DNA of 64,000 bases from Amoebidium appalachense (lineage: Eukaryota; Protista; Ichthyosporea): positions 8,359,937-8,423,936 of the forward strand of contig CAVNZM010000011.1 of assembly GCA_963693365.1 (NCBI GenBank), read 5' to 3'. Of this stretch, positions 29,501-64,000 are shown in pieces. A program made the position numbers and the translations under genes. Each line of letters opens with the position of its first letter. Position 1 is the stretch's first letter. Under the pieces are notes generated by a model. That model was not told the origin of the DNA. It searched no databases and saw only the letters and a program-made list of their open reading frames with translations.

Positions 29501-30467
29501 TCTACTCAAGGAACTGGGCTACTCCATGACCGAGCCCACCCGGTGTACTGTGACAATCAGTGCACCATTGCTCTGGTCCACTCCAACACCATCAAGCACC
29601 GGACCAAGCACATTGCCGTTCGTTACTTCAACATCAAGGACTACATCAACAGTGGGGACGTTACCGTCACCTACATCGACACCAAGATGAACCTGGCCGA
29701 CATCTTCACCAAGCCTCTGGCTGGTCCGGCCCACGAGACACACCGTGCCAACCTCAGTCTTCGTGACTGAAACCGTGCACTGGTGTCCATCATCGAGTGG
29801 TTTTTGAGTAGGTTGGGGCCCTGGACAGCAGTTGATACATCTACGGTGATGAAGATGGAGGCTCCCAACGAAAGTCTACTACTCCTCATCGTTTCTCTTC
29901 AGTGGGGATTATTCTCCACCATCCGTCGATATATTTATTTACATTCATATCCCACCATATATATTGGTTTGCTTCTACATTCGACTCAGTATGTATATGT
30001 CGAACTGGGATGCCCTGAGTATAAATAATTATCTATAGCCATGACGTGCTGGTTGACTGCCAGTCTAAACCTAGTCCACGGGATGAACCTTTCCCGTGTC
30101 TTAACTGGTTGACTACCAGTCTATAAATCAGTCCACAAGATGTTTATGCCTTGTGTTTATCTGGGTGGTCCCCAGTATAAAACATTAGCCACCAACACGT
30201 CACACATACACTAGTGTTTCTTATATATATATATATACTATCGCCGTTAACCACCATGACTCCCTTCATATTCCGAGTCTTCCGAGGCACCGTCGTTGTG
30301 TGCTTCTTCAGTTTTGGTTTTCTCCTTCCCACCTCAAGGATCTTCGGTTTGCATCCTCGAGTGGGGAGGCTTGTGTGTGACGGCGGCCCCATGTGTTAGG
30401 ACTTCACTGGCATCTACCGTCACATCAACAGACACGAGAACACAAACTTCAACCCCTTGAGTGGGGA
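26555..30467 (+). mobile_element. Second degenerate, 5'-truncated Ty1/copia element (integrase, RT, RNase H), different family from element 1
   Basis: CFGCVSGK, WHMDFF, FRSDSGSEF integrase; KGRGVAKGFTQVYGVDY, DISTAFLN, KALYGLKQ, frameshifted YVDD (~28792); SDFAG, CDN, KHIAVRYF, LADIFTKPL RNase H; stop at 29770. Many frameshifts. PPT GAGTGGGGA then TGTTGG at 30468. Confidence 0.9.
26945..27238. mobile_element. 294-bp MITE inserted in the copia-2 integrase
   Basis: TIR AAGGCACTTTAACGAATTTTTTGA versus reverse complement of right end AAGGGATTTTACCGAAAAATTTGA. 4-bp TSD AGTA (26941-26944, 27239-27242). Excision restores HAMEQ-YCQSKGIVQEF. AT-rich interior. Confidence 0.88.
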
Positions 30468-30595
30468 TGTTGGAATACGTCACTATGTAGGACAGCAAGA
30501 GTCTTGAAGTATGTATGTGTGTTAGGCTAAGCTTTGTTTGTATTCGTGTCTGCTCTCCTTCTTTGTGCTCTCCCCCCTCTCAGGCCCTCCCTTTT

Positions 30596-30635
<40 letters not shown>

Positions 30636-31405
30636 CCCCCCCCCCCCCCCCCCCCCCCCGCCCGTATCTCTCTCTCTCCCTTGTTTCTGTGTGCACAGAT
30701 ATCTGTTAGTTCTGTGCACACCTGGCTCTCTTGCCTGATAGAACTTTTTATATTTTATCTGTGTTTGCTCTCCTCTGTTTATCTGAGAGGTAGCGTGATT
30801 GGCCAGGCTAAGCTATATTCGTTGTCTTTGTTTTAGTTCAAAGTGGATTAGTTTTAGTTCACAATAAGATGACTCACCAGTAGTCGCGAGTGAGTACATC
30901 TATAGATCGTGTTGTGCATTCCTGTCTATTAATATACGTGTTATGATTGGACACAATAGAGATGTATGGAATTTGGTTTATCGTAATCTGTCTTCACTTT
31001 GAGAGTATCGACTATTAGGAAATATGTATTTAAATGAGTTTCTTTATAGAGACGAGTATAAATATATATGTGTAGTAATAGTGACAAGATGTATAATTAC
31101 TTAAGTTATTTAAGCAAGAGTTTCTAAGCTTTAGTTAGGACGGAAGTTGGAATGCGTATGCTATGTCGGAATGTGTTTTTCTATCATCTGATAGAACCGA
31201 TTGGTTCTCCCCTTTTAGTTGAGATAAGATGATATTATTAAGTTGCAAGTACAAAAAAAACCCGAGAGCGCAATAAAAGGTCAGTTGTTGTTTGAAATCT
31301 TTCATGTGTCGTGAACAACTCCGATTGCCCTCTCTTTATTGTGTTGGTCGTGTTTTACATGACACCTCTGTGCACTCTGCTCCCTTAGACCCGTACAAAA
31401 CAACA
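30468..31405 (+). repeat. Probable 3' LTR of copia element 2 (end uncertain)
   Basis: TGTTGG directly after the PPT; TATAAA at ~31057; AATAAA at ~31272; candidate CAACA end at 31401-31405. Confidence 0.4.
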
Positions 31406-31499
31406 GGTGGTGGTGGTGGGTGGACGTAGATCCCGGAGGGGGGAGAGGTGAGAGCCTCGGAGGGGCGGACGGGGAAGGGGAGGGTAGATGGGGGTTTTT

Positions 31500-31543
<44 letters not shown>

Positions 31544-32265
31544 GGGGGGGGGGGGGGGGATATGGAACGGTTGGTCGCGCTTATTAATGTACCAGTTGCG
31601 TCCAAAGTGTACTTTGTGACGTGCTTAGGTTTTGCCTTAAGGGTACGGAGTAACACTATCTTTATGGGGGCGGCAGGGGGGGGGGGGGGGGGGGGGGGAG
31701 GTTCCGAATTTTTCTTTTTTAAAAAAAAACCGTGTCTGTCGGTATCCACATATGCACGAGTGATGTCTATTCTATTAGCTCTCGAGAGTAGCAGTTCGAG
31801 ATGCATAATGTGTGAATGCAAATTAAATGTGTTTTTTTTTAAAAGCAATCATTATGCCATCACGGATCCCCGCGCGCTGCCAACCTTGTGCAAAGTAACG
31901 GTATCCGTTAAACGCATACTATGGCATGCCATTTCACGTGATTACATGGAATAGATGGTAGTAAACACAGGCGCACACACATGTTTAATTTTACTCAACA
32001 CGCACACATGTTCACTTTTAATAAACACACACACACACACACACACACATACACACCCACACACCCACACACACACACACACACACACGCACAGACAGAC
32101 AACAGACACATACACGTGCGCGCACACACACTCAGGCAGGTACGCACGCACGCACGCACACACGCACGCACGCACGCACGCACACACGCACACATGCACA
32201 CACACACACACGCACGCACGCACGCACGCGCCACCATGGAGCACACACACAAGCACACACATCAT

Positions 32266-32415
<150 letters not shown>

Positions 32416-33570
32416 TGCTGGTCGATGATATCTTTGTGCTCGATTGACGAGACATCTCCGGTGCTTGTATCGATATTGATATCAGCGAATGTTAGAACTT
32501 TCCTTTGAGCCGCGGACGTCACTGAAAAATTATCTTATATTGCGTGTATGTGTGTGCAGCGCCACATTTAGGGGAACTCAGAAAAACAATCATTCAGTAA
32601 CGAAGACAGTCAGTATCGTAGCGGGTACTATTATTAGTGAAATGCGAAGTGTATATTTGTCTTTGTTCTTTGTTTGAGTCACCTCCCGGCCAGCCTCAGG
32701 CCTTGCAGCCTTGGCCCTTGGTCACCTCCGAGGTTCTCGCGCCAAAATTGAATCACGCATGGACCAATGAGCAGCCGCGATGGCACAACATAATTGGCTG
32801 TGTTTTATACTCCACCATCGACTACGATTGAATAAGAGTCATCTGTCTGCATTACCGTTATAAACATTGAATCAAAAGGCCCAAGGGCAAAGAACCCGTG
32901 AACAAGCCAAAATATACTAATTTTTGAGACAAAAAATGAATTCGGATGATAGGAAGAGGTTCTTGCTTGTTTTGCGTTTAGAAAAAGGTTCATTTATTAA
33001 GAAATTGCATTGCTTATGAGCATTTTGGTTGATGGTGACCTAAAAAATATGAGATTACGAAATAGATATTCGGCGATTGTGGTTTACACACTATCATTGA
33101 TTGGATAAGCAAGAATGTGCGGCAACTCACTGTGACTCACACCAAAAAAAAATACTAGGTACACACGCAAGCGGATATTTAAAAAGCATTTACCATCTCA
33201 TGTTGCTAAAAGTGAGCAGACCAGTAAGCAAACAACGAACTAGCATACCAATGAACAGTTATCGAGAGCTACAGCCAATGCCCTGGCTGTAAATTTCATG
33301 CACGACACACAAAGGTCAACGCACGTTCAACCACCTGTGTCACTAGATTAGGATGAGCCTACCCTTCTCCCCCTGATGTTATGTCTAAATATATGCATGC
33401 ACGCTATACCTTTTAGCTCCATCTTTGCGTTTGCCTCGGAGATTATGAAACACATTTACACACAAAGCCGTTGTGGTTGCGCCTTACGCACACTGAGAAC
33501 AGCACAAGCAAACCCTTGCTTCGTGTAGTGGCAAGATACGTTTTGGAGGTAACGAGTGGGATTCGTTGCC

Positions 33571-45067
<11,497 letters not shown>

Positions 45068-46964
45068 TTGGGTTATGGTCACCTCTTTTTATTACCGGTT
45101 TTCTATTTTTATGATTTTTAAATGAGAATATGATTCAGGCGGAAAAGAGGCCCGATTTCTAAAGGGCGTAGGCTCAGGTTTAATTAAGGTCTATGTGTTG
45201 GTATTTCATGGCTTGGCTTGGTGGTTAAAATGACGCTAAGTGTATAAGTCGTGTTATATTGGCTTTGGCTTTTTATGGTATAATATCTTTTATATATTTA
45301 CATTATAGAGTTATTGCACATTTGCCAAATAAGGGAAGAATGCCGACATAGACGTTAACGGAACTCTGTTTCGTTTTCGAATTTCCGCATACCCCATGCG
45401 AAGTAACATGGAATGAATGAGCCTTGCCGCAGAGAGCGAGGTAATGGTGTAAACTTTAAACACTATTTAGCTTTAGTTTCTCTATTTTCTGTTTTCTTTG
45501 TAATTTCTCTTCTTCGTTTCTCTGTTTCCTTTTTCTTTTTCTGTAATCCTTGTTTCCCTTTTCCTTTTTTCCTTTTTCTTTTTTTTCCTCCGCTTCTCTG
45601 TTTTCGTTTTCTTTTTTTCTTTTTTTTCCCCACCCTTCTATTTTCTCTTTTCAAACTCTAGTTCCTCTTTCTTTTTTCTTCGTTTCCTTTTTTCCTTTTC
45701 CGCTTTTCCCTTTGTGTAAACCCTTTCTTTCTTCTTTCTTCTTTTTTTTTTCTTTTTCCATTTTTCCAGGGTAGAAACAATTGTTGCCGGTTTACCATTT
45801 TAGCGCTAGCACCTCCCTCCAAAAGGTTGTATACGTATCCGGTTGTACATATTCATGTTTTATATCAAAAAAATAACCTTTTCTCATTCTTTCGATGCGT
45901 ATGGGGGCGTGGATGTGAGCGTGGGTGGGTGGGTGGTTGGGTACCCCAGTGCGCGCGCGCCGGGGGGGGGGGGGGGGGGGGGGGGGGGGATGGCAGACTG
46001 TACACGTGATGAAGTTCGTGCGCGCGTGTACATGTGTGCGCCGCGATATAATTGTGTGTTATCGTGCTGGGTTGGGTTTCTTGGGTCATTCAGTCTCCGG
46101 CGCCACTGAAGTTTTGTGTTCGTGTTTGTGTTTTGGCAGTTTGTCAATTGCAATTTACATCCAACATGCTCAGAGACACACACATACACACACGGTACGT
46201 AGTGTGCACATGCATACACACAGACACACTCCGGGCCCCGGGGACCCCAGCCCCATTCCCCCCCCCCCCCCCCCCCCCTCCCCCCCCCCCCCCCCCCCCC
46301 CCCACCCGGGGGGATCCCCCGTTTACACACGCGTACGTGCCCACACACACATGGATCGATGGCTGTCCAGTGCGAACCACCAATCAATTATCCGATATCA
46401 TGAGTTCGAATTCAACATTGTGAAAATTTCGCTCAATACTCTATTTCTATTTAACACCTCCAGACTGAGCTCTCGATATGTATTGCGAAATCGTACACTT
46501 TCTTACCGGGTGCCCACACCGTGGCACATCACACCATATAGATCTCCATATCTGACCGGAGATGCCCGTATTATGGCCATATACTTGCAGAAGTGACGTA
46601 GTGGTATCGAAGATATGAACACATGTAATATATATGACGTATGCTCAGTATTTTCCAACCACGCACACGTGTATGATACACACAGACAAGCTACCAAATA
46701 TAACTGAACACTTGCTCACGGTGTTTATGCATTTAATATCAACACCCATACCTCCATCCAAAAATAGCACAAACATTACTGCTATATAACCAAAGGTTCG
46801 TTTGAATGTATATAGCCTAAGAGTACTCCCTAAGCCCCATTTTCTCCTTGCAGACAAAATTTACAAAACCAATAAGGGGAGAGAAGAGGGAAAAAAATAA
46901 ACATAAGACAAAATTTTAAAATGAAAAAACTATGCTTACCAAAACAGACCGGCGTAAGCCATGA

Positions 46965-47005
<41 letters not shown>

Positions 47006-47134
47006 GGGGCTCCCCACCTCTCCCTCCGCTCTCGTATATCGGAAAGGCATTACAACTGAAAAACGTAGAATCTGGAGTTTATCACCCAACCAACTAAACT
47101 ACATAAAAATAAAATATCATAATGCAATTTAAAA

Positions 47135-63900
<16,766 letters not shown>

Positions 63901-64000
63901 TGTTAAAGTGGGTTAAAAATAATGCACCAATAGGGTGGGTGGATTTGAGCTCCTCTGTGAGGTTAAAAGTGCTTAAAAGTGGGTTAAAAATTTAACTCAC

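Noticed and set aside
32680-32993. Minus-strand coding-like fragment
   Set aside because: Contains an in-frame stop, has no recognisable motif and no supported splice structure.

Overview
Eukaryotic genomic DNA (opisthokont-like gene set; organism not identifiable from sequence alone) with spliceosomal introns packed with poly-C/poly-G and (CA)n/(TG)n/(GA)n tracts. Most long ORFs in the track are microsatellite artefacts. Real genes: a 7-exon ABCB1/MDR-type transporter (+, 248-9850), a small hypothetical spliced gene (-, ~16.5-18.4 kb), a secreted reprolysin-like (M12B) zinc protease with Cys-rich repeats (+, 20182-23256), a T1-less Kv-type 6TM potassium channel (+, 33571-45067), and the 3' part of an Sla2/HIP1 (I/LWEQ) gene (-, 47135 to beyond the window). 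Mobile DNA: two decayed 5'-truncated Ty1/copia elements (one carrying a nested solo LTR, one carrying a nested MITE) and another MITE. The standout observation is a family of ~230-280 nt intronic repeats (about 19 copies or fragments, 3 subfamilies, nearly all sense to the host gene, most ending in poly-C). Divergent members conserve the three hammerhead-ribozyme core strands (stem III-GUU^GG, C-GAAAC-stem III', CC-CUGA(G/U)GA-YG) with compensatory base changes. The strands occur in an order that is not any of the type I/II/III circular permutations, suggesting a pseudoknotted or kissing-loop hammerhead in a retrozyme-like element. Catalytic activity is an inference and needs testing.
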